64,000 nt of DNA from IMG/VR virus record IMGVR_UViG_3300031820_000003, positions 1 through 64,000 of that record; one strand, written 5' to 3'. Of the stretch, positions 54,846-64,000 are shown piece by piece. Origin of the DNA: a virus. Taxonomy: Duplodnaviria; Caudoviricetes. Position 1 is the first letter of the stretch, and each line of letters opens with the position of its first letter. The notes under the pieces were generated by a model. It did not search any database. It saw nothing but the letters and a program-made list of their open reading frames with translations, and had not been told where the DNA came from. The position numbers and the translations under genes were made by a program.

Positions 54846-56690
54846 ATTGTTGGCGAGATTGCGGGTCGCCAAATTGAAGGCGGTCGTCCGTGCTGGCGTT
54901 GGCGAGGCAAGAAGCGTCTGATAGGCGCGCGACCATTTCGAAGCCGACGCAGCGCTGGCCGGACTCGCAAGCCATCTCGTGAACATCCAGAGTGCAGCCG
55001 TCGATCCTGCACCGATAGCCGTTCCGCCGCCAAGCCCACCTGTAGCCACGTCAGTCGCGAGCAATGCTGCGTCCTTCGCCACATCCATCAGCACCAGGAA
55101 CGAGGCGGAATGCGATGTGCTGCTTTCCCGCAGCGCGCCTTTGATGTGCTGACCCATCTGCGCGATAGCCTCGATCGAGGCCCGGTGCGCAGGACTTGGT
55201 GTAAATGGTGTCAGGTCGCCATGCTCCTCGCGCAGCCGGTTTACGGCTGTCACGAACTTGGCAAGGCTGAATTGGCCGGTCGCCGGATTGAATCCGAGCG
55301 CCCGCAATGTCGGGTCGTCAGCGTGCTTGTTGAGAATGCCCTGTAGCTTCTTGTTCGCCTGTGAGAGCGGACCAAATCGGCTTTCGGCCGCATCGAAGGC
55401 CCGCTGCGCACGAGCCCCGCCCTGCCGCCCGATATTGTCCCGTATGTCCGCCGTCATGGCACGGGTAATTTGGTTATAGTCCGCAGCGTTGTAGCCGGGA
55501 TGAGGGGTCGCCACATTACCGGCCTCGCGCGCGTCCACCCGCGCCCGGTGTGCACCGTTGAAGCTGGCGCCCTGCCCGATATTCTCGAATTGCTCGAGCC
55601 CCTGATCAGGATTGGGATGCCCGGCAGCCGTGCGTGCGGCCTTGACCCTTTGCACCGCGGCAGCCGTGCGCGGCATCGGCATGACCCGATCGGGAGCAAT
55701 CTGGCCACGCACATTGCCATAAAGGCCGTCTATGGCCTGCCGATTGGCGTCTATAGCGTCCTGAATGCGCGATTGACCGGCAACGGTGCCGGCCGCCTCC
55801 TCGGTCTGCGCAACTCGCTCGCCAATCTTCTCGCCGGCAAACGGCACCTGCCGCAGCTTGGCGGTCGTCGCCTGCACCGCAGAGCTATCCGAAACCACTC
55901 CGCGCGGCAGCGGTGCCCCGATGATATCGGCCGTGCGTGCGGCCTGCTGACCAGGTGTTGTTCCGGTGGTCAGGCGAGGTCCTACGGCAGCCCCGAGAGC
56001 ACCACCCAGCCCGAGGCCAATAAGCCCGGTTGTCGCCCCACGGGTCGCTATATCGCTTGGGGATGCCCCCTCGCTAGTGGCCTCGCCAGTGCCATAGAGA
56101 GCGCCGCCTATGGCGCCTGTGCGCGCCCCCTGTATCGCCCTGGCCCCAATGCCACCCGCACGCATGGCGCCTGCGCCGGGGACTGGCATCGCCAGGGTGC
56201 CCGCCAACTGTCCGGCGAGGTAAATCTGCGGATGCTGCTCCTTGGCGAGGTCCTGGTTCTCAAGCGCCGCCTGCCGCCCGCGGTTATAGGCGTCCTGCAC
56301 ATCCGGATCGGGATGACCGGAGAGATAGCCACTGAGGAGCTTGGCCGCCCCAAGAACAGGCCGCAATGCCGCAGCGCCGCTCGCCCGCTCCTCTGGCGTC
56401 TTAGGCTCGGGCAGCCCAGACGCGGACGCAACGCCTTCCAGAGCCGGCGAGAAGCCGAATGTGAGCCCTTCCGCAGCAGCGGTGCCAAGAGCCTCCCCAC
56501 CGCTTACCTGCCGCTTTGGCGGCGGTGGCGTGTCGTGGTCGTCCGCAAAGGGATCGCCCGCTGGCCCCGCAGGAGCGACGCCAGTCCCGCTCGCGCCCCG
56601 CGCCGGTGCGTCGAGGTCATCGGCAAACGGGTCGACCGGAGGCGGCTCGACGCCTCGCGGATGTACAACACCGACATATGTGGGCGTCAT
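54765..56690 (-). CDS. DNA ejection protein (P22 gp16 positional analogue)
   Basis: DPFADD repeats, EGLTFG, Gly/Ala-rich. Confidence 0.75.
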   Translation of the reverse strand: MTPTYVGVVHPRGVEPPPVDPFADDLDAPARGASGTGVAPAGPAGDPFADDHDTPPPPKRQVSGGEALGTAAAEGLTFGFSPALEGVASASGLPEPKTPEERASGAAALRPVLGAAKLLSGYLSGHPDPDVQDAYNRGRQAALENQDLAKEQHPQIYLAGQLAGTLAMPVPGAGAMRAGGIGARAIQGARTGAIGGALYGTGEATSEGASPSDIATRGATTGLIGLGLGGALGAAVGPRLTTGTTPGQQAARTADIIGAPLPRGVVSDSSAVQATTAKLRQVPFAGEKIGERVAQTEEAAGTVAGQSRIQDAIDANRQAIDGLYGNVRGQIAPDRVMPMPRTAAAVQRVKAARTAAGHPNPDQGLEQFENIGQGASFNGAHRARVDAREAGNVATPHPGYNAADYNQITRAMTADIRDNIGRQGGARAQRAFDAAESRFGPLSQANKKLQGILNKHADDPTLRALGFNPATGQFSLAKFVTAVNRLREEHGDLTPFTPSPAHRASIEAIAQMGQHIKGALRESSTSHSASFLVLMDVAKDAALLATDVATGGLGGGTAIGAGSTAALWMFTRWLASPASAASASKWSRAYQTLLASPTPARTTAFNLATRNLANNLGIRAEHITQAVQRRLTAPAEDQGQQ

Positions 56691-58210
56691 TTGGCGTACT
56701 TGATATCCCCGTTCGGGGTCCGGTACGGGTCACCCGACTTGAGCCCTTGCGCCTGTTTCCATGCCTGCGCCTGCGCCGGGGTCTTGATCGTCGGCGGGGC
56801 CTCTGGAGCGCCCAGCAGGGTCGGATTGGCGGCCTCTTGGTCCGTGAATGCCGGATGGGCCTTGACATAATCCGCCACCTGCTTGGCGAAGCCGTCATCC
56901 AACACGCCGCCATGCTTGGCCCGATAGTCGATCGCCATGTCACGAATCTGCGTCGAGCGCTGGCCGATCCGGTCCATGATGTTGATCAGCATACGGTTAC
57001 CCCAAACCGTATTCTGCAGGTTGGGGTTCGATTTCACTACCTGCTCGATCTGCTGCGAGAAGATACGCGCGCTGGCGCCACCCGCCTCCATGAGCTGATC
57101 GCGCTGCTGGTTGACCGCGCTCAATGTGGTAATGGCGTTGATCTTCTCGAGGCCCTGTTGCAGGGTTGCCGCGGCCGGCGAACCGAACAGATCGCGGACC
57201 TTGTTCATGGCAAGCGAGGCATCTGCGCCAATGCCGGTATAGGTGCGCGGGTCGCTCAGAATGCCGTGCGCTAGCGTCAGCACGGGCTTCATATCGCGCT
57301 CGTATTGCGTCGCGGAAGCCTGAATGCCTTCCCATGTTTTGCCGGACTGGTCGATGGTCTGCTTTTGGGTTGCCGTGGCCGCGGTCGTCCCAGATGCGAG
57401 GTTCTTCTGCTCGGGGGTCAATTCGACATTCTTGCCGAGAATATCGCGGATTTGCTTGGCAGTTGCATCGTGGGCTTCCGCTGCCTTTTCATAGGTCTGC
57501 GCTTGAGCAGTATCCCCGAGTGCTCCATAGCGCGCCCCCTGCTGGCGAAGATAGGTGGCCGCCTTTTCATGATTGCGAGCGGTGCCTTCGCTATAGAAGC
57601 CATTGGGCACGCTGCTGCCGCCGGGTTGCGGCGTCGCCTGGGCGGTTTGCTGTGGCTGAGTATTGGGCGAACTCGCGCCCATGAACGGCGCAGGGCTTGG
57701 CCCCGCATTATCCGAACCCATAATCTGCTCGCCGCCTGGCAAAATGCTTCCAGGCGGCTTGCCGGTAATGCTGCCCGGTCCCGCATTTGTCTGCGGCATG
57801 TGGGCATCGGCGGATGGCTGCGTAGGCGGCGGCGCGTTCCCCGGCGCAGGATTACCTGTGCCTACAGAAGGGGCACCGAAGCCGCCTGAAATCTTGTCTG
57901 CGTTCTGAAAATCCGTCGCGGATTGATTAGCGAGCTGCATCCTTAGAAGCTGCGGCAACATCTGCTGCGCAGCTTCCGTTCCGCCAAGACGCGAGATTGT
58001 ATCAGCTACCTTATTGTAATCGACGTTGCCATTCTCATCCTTTGGAAGGCCATTTTGAAATGCTGTCTGCTGCGCGCGCTTCTGCGCATACTGTTGGCCC
58101 TCTTGGAACTGCTCAGGAAGTTTGCCGATCCAACTAAAATCAACAAGAGGCGCTGCATAGTTCGGAGGCCGAGGTGCGCCCGGAAGCTCCACATTGTCAT
58201 AGGCGGCCAT
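56687..58210 (-). CDS. DNA ejection protein (gp20 positional analogue)
   Basis: Q/P-rich N-terminus, SNP.L..T..GN, C-terminal LKSGDPYRTPNG. Confidence 0.7.
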   Translation of the reverse strand: MAAYDNVELPGAPRPPNYAAPLVDFSWIGKLPEQFQEGQQYAQKRAQQTAFQNGLPKDENGNVDYNKVADTISRLGGTEAAQQMLPQLLRMQLANQSATDFQNADKISGGFGAPSVGTGNPAPGNAPPPTQPSADAHMPQTNAGPGSITGKPPGSILPGGEQIMGSDNAGPSPAPFMGASSPNTQPQQTAQATPQPGGSSVPNGFYSEGTARNHEKAATYLRQQGARYGALGDTAQAQTYEKAAEAHDATAKQIRDILGKNVELTPEQKNLASGTTAATATQKQTIDQSGKTWEGIQASATQYERDMKPVLTLAHGILSDPRTYTGIGADASLAMNKVRDLFGSPAAATLQQGLEKINAITTLSAVNQQRDQLMEAGGASARIFSQQIEQVVKSNPNLQNTVWGNRMLINIMDRIGQRSTQIRDMAIDYRAKHGGVLDDGFAKQVADYVKAHPAFTDQEAANPTLLGAPEAPPTIKTPAQAQAWKQAQGLKSGDPYRTPNGDIKYAK

Positions 58211-58920
58211 CAGGCAAATGCCCCGAATATACTCTTGCCAACATTACCAAGGCCACCAAGCGCCTGGCCTCCGACCGTATTCGATCCAAGGCTAGCTACT
58301 CCGCCAAGCGCATTCCAGAAGTTCGCGGAGGCATTGAGCGGCGCGAGATCGGCCGATGCCTGCGCATTGCCCTGGCCTACCTGCGTGCCATAGGCCGCAT
58401 TGCCCTGGGTAGTGAATGAGTTATTAAGCTGGCCACCAAGGTTCTGGTTGCCTTGCAACACCTGTCCAGCCGTCGCGGTCTGCTGTGGCAGATATTGCGA
58501 AAGATTGTTGACGTAGTTTTGCCAGCCCGTATTGGCGAGACCCTGGCCATACTTCAACAGGTCGAGATTGGTGCCACCCGAATTAAGCTGGCCAGTCGCG
58601 GCCTGATTGCGGAGAATATTCTGGTTGCCTTGGTCTAATTGAAACTGATAACCGGGATTGTTCTGGAACCCGGCAACCGCCTGCGCATTGCCCTGTGGGC
58701 CATTGAGGCCGAGCGCATTGCCGTATTGCGTGGCGCCCTGCGTGTTCTGATTGAAGGCCGTCGTAGGCGCATTGATGCCTGTCTGTCCATAGCTGGTCAG
58801 CGCGCCGCGGCCTTGGCCAAACAGGTCCGATAGCTGGTTGTAGCCAAGCTGCAAACCCTGCTTCTGATCATTGGCAGCGTTTTGCTGATCTTGCGAACTG
58901 AAGATATCGAACAAACCCAT
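58210..58920 (-). CDS. DNA ejection protein, P22 gp7-like
   Basis: FQNNPGYQFQLDQG..AA.G.L.SGGT..YGQGLA. Confidence 0.85.
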   Translation of the reverse strand: MGLFDIFSSQDQQNAANDQKQGLQLGYNQLSDLFGQGRGALTSYGQTGINAPTTAFNQNTQGATQYGNALGLNGPQGNAQAVAGFQNNPGYQFQLDQGNQNILRNQAATGQLNSGGTNLDLLKYGQGLANTGWQNYVNNLSQYLPQQTATAGQVLQGNQNLGGQLNNSFTTQGNAAYGTQVGQGNAQASADLAPLNASANFWNALGGVASLGSNTVGGQALGGLGNVGKSIFGAFA

Positions 58921-59177
58921 CAGAGCGTCCTCACAAATATGGTCGCCGGATCGGCCGTGCTGCGATATAGGCCATTCAACGGAACACCGGCCGCAGCAGC
59001 ATTCGCATTCGTCGGCACCGCAACTCCCGTCAGCGGGCCAAGCGAGTTCTGGTTCAAAAGCTGGACGAGCTTATTCACCGTATCCAACCATTGTCCGAAT
59101 GCGAGTGTCGGACGGCCATCGGGGAGAACAACCTGAAAGTTGGTCGGCGGCAGCGGGAATAGGACTTGCGTGGTCAT
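58920..59177 (-). CDS. Small tail-associated protein
   Basis: 85 aa, coupled both sides. Confidence 0.55.
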   Translation of the reverse strand: MTTQVLFPLPPTNFQVVLPDGRPTLAFGQWLDTVNKLVQLLNQNSLGPLTGVAVPTNANAAAAGVPLNGLYRSTADPATIFVRTL

Positions 59178-60910
59178 CAGTCGCCCACATAGCGCGGGTC
59201 GCTAGCCTGCGTTGCCTTGATGAATCCGGTATAGACAGGATCGGTCACGTCGAGACGCCATCGGCAGCCCATGGGTCCTGACAAGCCCATGGACTTGACC
59301 GATGCGCGGACCCGACGTGACCTACCCTGCTGGCCGATCGACCGCAGCAGTGGATTTCCCCAATTCAGGCCGCCGTCCTTCGATATCGAGACGGCCACCT
59401 GTGGATTGACCATGTTATCGGGCGCCGTGACATCGGTTGCCGTCCCGCCCGAAGTCCAGGCATGAACGAACGTCGTGCCAATGAGGTCGATATTGAATGC
59501 GTCGATGACGTTCACGGCCCATGTACCGTTGGCCTCCGTGGTGCCGCCGACATTCACCACGTTCACCGTATCGCCGGTAATGACGTTGGCCGTATTGTTG
59601 ACCCGCAACCGCACAACGCCGCCGGTTCCTGACGAGGTGCCGAGCACCGTCATGACGACGCTCAGAACGGCCTGCCCAACGCCCATCACGAAATCGAAGT
59701 CAGCCCGCGCCACCCGTATCTGGTTCGGGAAGTTGTCCACCGGGCCGCTTTCGATGCGGAATAGTTGCGGTGCACCGTTCTCCGTGTAGTTCGTATCGTC
59801 CACGTAAAGCAGGTTACCGGACTGAATATCGCCCATCAGCCATTTGCCGAATGCCGGATGGCCACCCGATCCGCGCCATCGGCTTTGCTGTCCGGTCGAT
59901 GCAAGCAGGCTCGATCGCTCATTCCATTTCTGCGTGGAGAGATTGAACTCCCATGTCACCGAGGCGGCATTGCTGGAGATCGTCCAGAACTTCTTGCCGG
60001 CATATTCGTACACGCCTGCATCCAGCAGGTTGCCCTTACGGTTCTCCGACTCAATGAAGCGATCGACATCCGGCGATGAGACCTTGATGGGCTGGAACGT
60101 CGCCCATGACAGGCGATAGACGCCGAAGTCCTGTGCCGCCCATATCAGGTCGTCAAAGCCGGTTTCCCATCCAGCAATCGCATTGGCCTGTAGAAGGCCG
60201 AAGGGAATTGTCGTCAGCCGCGAGTACGGGAAGGCTGGAGAGGGTTGCGCCGTATCCTGCCACACCTCGCAGCCGCCCGTCGTAAAGAAAAACATCAGGC
60301 CCGAATAGGCGATGCCGCGCAGCAACGTCACATCGGATTTTGACTGCAGCTTGACGAAGGTCTGCGTGTTGATCGTACCGACCGAGTTGATGGGCGATGC
60401 GAATACGCGGCCGTCCGCGATCGTGTAGAAGAAAAAGCCGTCCTGAAAGCTTATCGAGTTCGGTTGCGGGAGGTTGCCGCCGCCATTGTACGCCGTCGGC
60501 GCTCCACCTCCACTAAGAATATAAGCACCGTTGTCGATATCGACGGCAACAACGTCCGGTGAGGCCGCCAAATCGCGGGCAATTGATACTTTCTTCGTTC
60601 CTGGGAATGCCCCGAGGCTTGCGTAGGTTCCATTGACATCGATCGTGCTCGCATTTCCGCTCCATGTCTCATAGGATAGATTCGTGACAATCAGGCCCCC
60701 GCGATAGCCGGTCTGCCCGGTCGCGGCATTATTGTGCTGCGAGAGGCCGGGCTGCCGACGCCATACCTGCTTGGCAGGCCCGGACGGCTGTTGCGGATCA
60801 TCGATCGGCTCGGCCGTGCAGTTGAGAAGCCGCCCCGCCGATTCCTGCGTGCTCGCCCCCGGAAAACTCGACAACGGGAAGCGAATGGGAATCGGATCGC
60901 CTGTCGCCAT
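59177..60910 (-). CDS. Tail hub / DNA-stabilisation protein, P22 gp10-like
   Basis: N.TAE..RQPGL, F.DGFF, TW.F..T..W.ER, SKDGG..WGN, W..G.S. Confidence 0.85.
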   Translation of the reverse strand: MATGDPIPIRFPLSSFPGASTQESAGRLLNCTAEPIDDPQQPSGPAKQVWRRQPGLSQHNNAATGQTGYRGGLIVTNLSYETWSGNASTIDVNGTYASLGAFPGTKKVSIARDLAASPDVVAVDIDNGAYILSGGGAPTAYNGGGNLPQPNSISFQDGFFFYTIADGRVFASPINSVGTINTQTFVKLQSKSDVTLLRGIAYSGLMFFFTTGGCEVWQDTAQPSPAFPYSRLTTIPFGLLQANAIAGWETGFDDLIWAAQDFGVYRLSWATFQPIKVSSPDVDRFIESENRKGNLLDAGVYEYAGKKFWTISSNAASVTWEFNLSTQKWNERSSLLASTGQQSRWRGSGGHPAFGKWLMGDIQSGNLLYVDDTNYTENGAPQLFRIESGPVDNFPNQIRVARADFDFVMGVGQAVLSVVMTVLGTSSGTGGVVRLRVNNTANVITGDTVNVVNVGGTTEANGTWAVNVIDAFNIDLIGTTFVHAWTSGGTATDVTAPDNMVNPQVAVSISKDGGLNWGNPLLRSIGQQGRSRRVRASVKSMGLSGPMGCRWRLDVTDPVYTGFIKATQASDPRYVGD

Positions 60911-60926
60911 CGATCAGCATTTCCAG

Positions 60927-61337
60927 TTATTTAGTATAATCCCGAGGTGACCAAGGCGATGTATAACCCTGGTCGTGGAAAAATTGTCCGTCTTGCTGCC
61001 ACCCATATTTCAAGGATGGATGATCAGCCAAACTAACCGCATCTGTTCCGGCTGCCTTAGCGGCATCCTCAATAGCGAACAGGTGCGATGGAGCTGCATA
61101 TGTCTTCCCCTCGACTTGAATTGCGGGCTTGAATGGTTTCCCTTCTATCATCTGGTCTGCTGTTAAAGTCTTGCCGACTTTCTGATCACTGGCGGCAGTC
61201 TGCCCTTGGGTAACAGGATTTCGCTCGTGTCCTCCTGGATTTGAATACCCAGGCGCCATCGGGTTAAATGGCTTGAAATTCTCCATAGCCCGATCTGATA
61301 CCAAGCCCTGCGCATAAAGGTTCTTCAAATCTGCCAT
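60927..61337 (-). CDS. Lower-GC inserted gene of unknown function
   Basis: 136 aa between the gp4- and gp10-like genes. Confidence 0.55.
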   Translation of the reverse strand: MADLKNLYAQGLVSDRAMENFKPFNPMAPGYSNPGGHERNPVTQGQTAASDQKVGKTLTADQMIEGKPFKPAIQVEGKTYAAPSHLFAIEDAAKAAGTDAVSLADHPSLKYGWQQDGQFFHDQGYTSPWSPRDYTK

Positions 61338-61738
61338 CAGAAATACAAGGCCCGCAATGGCTCATAGGTCGCGCGCAACCGAAGCTGCTGCTTCAGAGAT
61401 AATGCCGCCGAGCCCGCACCCAACTGAACCGGGCTCGGCGGCCCCCCCAACCCCTTGGTGAGCAGCGAAACGAGGTCTTGCGGAGTCGCGCCGAACTTGA
61501 CGGCGCATTCACCAGCGAGAATGTCAGCGAGATCGGCAAACCATGCGCCGGGAATGTTCGAAGGGTCGGGGATATAGCAAATTTCGAGCTGCGCCAGCTT
61601 GCGAAAGATCGCATCCACCTTCTCAAAGACATAATTGTAGTCCTCGGGGTCGGTCGGCTGACCCGCGGCCAAGACGCCAAGATTGGCCAGCGTCTCGTTC
61701 ACCAGGTCATTGATCGTCCGAAAGGCGGTATTGGGCAC
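61337..61738 (-). CDS. Head-tail adaptor, P22 gp4-like
   Basis: TINDLV..TLA.LGVLA.GQ..DPED. Confidence 0.75.
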   Translation of the reverse strand: MPNTAFRTINDLVNETLANLGVLAAGQPTDPEDYNYVFEKVDAIFRKLAQLEICYIPDPSNIPGAWFADLADILAGECAVKFGATPQDLVSLLTKGLGGPPSPVQLGAGSAALSLKQQLRLRATYEPLRALYF

Positions 61739-61741
61739 CTA

Positions 61742-62101
61742 TCAGCTCCCCACTGGCTCGCCAGGAAGCGCGGATACCAATTTGCCGGCATCGACCGTCG
61801 CATGCTCGATTGCGGCATTCGGGAAGGTCTTTGGCTTCGGCGGCCGGCCTCGCTTGCGTGGGGCATCGCCTTCGACCTGAAAATGCTGATTGCGCTTGAT
61901 GCGCTCGAGCAGGCTGACCATGCGCTTGCGGGTAACGAGCTTCCATGTGCCGTCCCGTGGATTGCTGACGCGCTCGGTGAACTCCTCCTCCTGCTTGCCC
62001 TCGTTCGGGTCAACATCCTGCGCGATATTGGCTTCCCATTCGCGACCGAATGCGGTCGTCTTGAAAGCCTCATCGGCATCCGGCAGCCATGTGACTTTCA
62101 T
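61742..62101 (-). CDS. Hypothetical head protein
   Basis: KRNQHFQVEG, RKRGRPPK. Confidence 0.6.
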   Translation of the reverse strand: MKVTWLPDADEAFKTTAFGREWEANIAQDVDPNEGKQEEEFTERVSNPRDGTWKLVTRKRMVSLLERIKRNQHFQVEGDAPRKRGRPPKPKTFPNAAIEHATVDAGKLVSALPGEPVGS

Positions 62102-62511
62102 GGGATGAGCCCCACCCGCCAATTGAGGCCCGAGACGGTCGCCACGCCGCGAGCTCCAAGCGGAGAGCCGGCGCGGATAGCGATGGCGGACTGACCTGCT
62201 GTGATGGAGAACGAGGCATTCGCGCCGAGAGCATTGATCGTCTCGCCCAGCGCAGGGAACAGGTTCAGGGCGTTCGCCGTGTCGTTCATGATCAGAACGC
62301 CGGTCGATGCTTCCATTGAGCCGACCGATGGCAGCACGAGCGAGCCGGTTCCTACCGACTGATCGACGTGATTGCCCTCGGAGATGATCTTGAAACCGGT
62401 CGCCTGGTTGTTAGCGACGCTGGCATTGATGTTGCGCTGCATCTGCGCGCCCGGCCCACCAAGGCCAAAGACGAACATCTGCTCCACAGCATCCAGGGTA
62501 ACGCTAGGCAT
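62098..62511 (-). CDS. Capsid decoration/fibre-like protein
   Basis: LVLPS..I.NDTANALN.FP..GETIN pattern. Confidence 0.5.
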   Translation of the reverse strand: MPSVTLDAVEQMFVFGLGGPGAQMQRNINASVANNQATGFKIISEGNHVDQSVGTGSLVLPSVGSMEASTGVLIMNDTANALNLFPALGETINALGANASFSITAGQSAIAIRAGSPLGARGVATVSGLNWRVGLIP

Positions 62512-62525
62512 AGGATGGTCCTTTC

Positions 62526-62573
62526 AAAAAAGGACCGCCGCCGCCCCGTTCTGCATCACGGGACAGCGGCGGC
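62526..62573 (-). terminator. Rho-independent terminator after the capsid/decoration genes
   Basis: GC-rich stem GCCGCCGCTGTCCCGT/ACGGGGCGGCGGC followed by TCCTTTTTT on the minus strand. Confidence 0.7.
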
Positions 62574-62630
62574 TAGTTGGGTCGTGTCGTCGGTTTCGGG
62601 AGGAAACCCTCCGGGGAAACAACGCCGGAG

Positions 62631-63236
62631 CTAGCAGGCCGGGGAAGTAAAGCCCGGCGCATTCGATGCAGGCAGGCAGCCGCCGTCGTTCGGACCGAGA
62701 AACTCGATATCGAACACGATGGTACCTGTGGTGGGCGCGGCACCCGTGAACGTCACGGTCAGCCACAAGTCGAAGCCGCCGTCCGCGCCCGTCGTCGCAA
62801 TGCCGTTGCCAGTGGCCTGTGCGCCCTGCCCCGCCGTGACGATGGTGAGAGCAGGAGCGCCGGTTGCCGCCGTCTTGATATCCTGCGCAGATACAAGCTG
62901 AGCGCCGGCCGAAGCCGTGCCGAGCGACATGGTGCACGTGGTCGCCGCATTGCAAACGGCTGACTGGAACCAATTGCCGCGCAGGATGAACGCATTGTAG
63001 GGCAGCGCGCCGACTTTCACGCTGCAGGTGCCCGCCGCAAACACGCACGCCGGGCCGTTGTCAGCCTGCACACTCGTTGCCGAGACGGTGAAGATATGCC
63101 GCTCGTAATAAGTCTGCTGGCTGGGATAGTAGCGAGGCCCAAAGGTGGGCGGGATCGTCAGCGCATAGGCAGCGATGACGCCAGGGACGACGAGGAGCGC
63201 AAGAGCGCGCACCGCCGATCGAAGCAGATTCTTCAT
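62631..63236 (-). CDS. Signal-peptide jelly-roll capsid cement/decoration protein
   Basis: Leader MKNLLRSAVRALALLVVPGVIAAYA-L; Cys pairs; directly after the capsid gene. Confidence 0.65.
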   Translation of the reverse strand: MKNLLRSAVRALALLVVPGVIAAYALTIPPTFGPRYYPSQQTYYERHIFTVSATSVQADNGPACVFAAGTCSVKVGALPYNAFILRGNWFQSAVCNAATTCTMSLGTASAGAQLVSAQDIKTAATGAPALTIVTAGQGAQATGNGIATTGADGGFDLWLTVTFTGAAPTTGTIVFDIEFLGPNDGGCLPASNAPGFTSPAC

Positions 63237-63246
63237 AGTGCTCTCC

Positions 63247-63999
63247 TTACGCATCCGTGGCAGAGGCGGCGAAAATCGTGAACACGCCCCACTCTTTGTA
63301 GTTGCCTGAGAAGTTCAGCTTGGCGATCTTCTTGAAGCCGTAGGCCATTTCTACGCCTACGCCTCGATAGAATTGGTAGTCGTCTTCCTTCAAGAATGTC
63401 GGCCGCGGCATACGACCCCACGCCCAAGCCATTGCGGATTGGCCGCACAGGAATGCCGGCGCCACCTGAATGCTGCCCGAGCCGGCCGTCGTATAGGTGA
63501 CCGGAAGGCGCACAGTCAGTTCCGGGATTTCCCGGATGATGATGCCGTTGTAGATCAGGTCGCCATCCTGAAAGAGCGGATTGGCGTCAAGACCATCGTC
63601 CTCGCGCGGACGAGCCTGCGTGTTGGCGTTGATGATCGTCGGGTCGGCCTGCAGATCACGGAACTGCAGGGAGTTCGCGAAGCAGATGAAGTATTCGCGA
63701 CCGTTCTTGAGCTTGTAGGGCCGAATGCGCGGGTTAGCCAGCTTGGCAAGCCGCTTGGCCTTAAGCAGCATGGACGCCGACAGGGTCATGCCGGCCGTGA
63801 TGTTCGCCATTGCGGTGGCGAACGTGGCCGAGAAGTTGCCCGTAGCGCCGCCCACCAGAACACGGTCCTGCTGGTCGGCCATCCACGTGTTGCGCTGGGC
63901 CGCGGTCGCCGCATCGAACAACGCGCCGTTGACGCGCTGGCCGTTGATGGAGCCAAGACCCGTTGGCGCCGTCGAGTTCAGGGGAATTGCATAGAACGC
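63247..63999 (-). CDS. Major capsid protein, block 2 (5' truncated by the window edge; DUF4043/P22-coat-like)
   Basis: Open frame to the edge; NP.FQDG.LIYNG.IIRE, LCGQSAMA.AWG, EDDY.F..GVG. Confidence 0.85.
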   Translation of the reverse strand, partial: AFYAIPLNSTAPTGLGSINGQRVNGALFDAATAAQRNTWMADQQDRVLVGGATGNFSATFATAMANITAGMTLSASMLLKAKRLAKLANPRIRPYKLKNGREYFICFANSLQFRDLQADPTIINANTQARPREDDGLDANPLFQDGDLIYNGIIIREIPELTVRLPVTYTTAGSGSIQVAPAFLCGQSAMAWAWGRMPRPTFLKEDDYQFYRGVGVEMAYGFKKIAKLNFSGNYKEWGVFTIFAASATDA

Positions 64000-64000
64000 G

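Noticed and set aside
1-64000. CRISPR array
   Set aside because: No regularly spaced repeat-spacer units and no cas genes seen

Overview
Phage DNA throughout, with no host genes. Gene content and the Omp25/RopB-type porins suggest an alphaproteobacterial (Hyphomicrobiales-like) host. Block 1 (1-47,308) reads as a complete temperate podovirus in non-integrated permutation. It has a minus-strand late operon with BPP-1/T7-like gene order (terS, terL, portal, scaffold, capsid, cement, tail tube A/B, three ejection proteins, fibre, lysis), replication genes, a cro/cI switch with four operators, an ERF recombinase, a DNA methylase, xis/int with an internal attP-like region, and many small early ORFs. 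Bases 1-122 recur exactly at 47,309-47,430. After that copy the sequence enters the 3' end of a second late operon with a different, P22-like morphogenesis module (capsid cut by the window edge, gp4/gp10/gp7/gp20/gp16-like genes, fibres, GH108 lysis cassette). The junction may be a real tandem or an assembly chimera of two related phages. Most unusual signals: (1) at least nine putative virion proteins across both phages, including both N-terminal-adapter tail fibres, start with Sec/Tat-like signal peptides and carry paired cysteines, suggesting a periplasmic virion-finishing pathway; (2) both lysis cassettes contain an outer-membrane beta-barrel and no recognisable spanin lipoprotein; (3) a 158-nt expanded-cloverleaf tRNA-like RNA ending in CCA lies beside attP; (4) a low-GC ADP-ribosyltransferase-like domain is inserted in frame in the largest ejection protein. 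Family assignments come from motif recognition by eye, not database searches.
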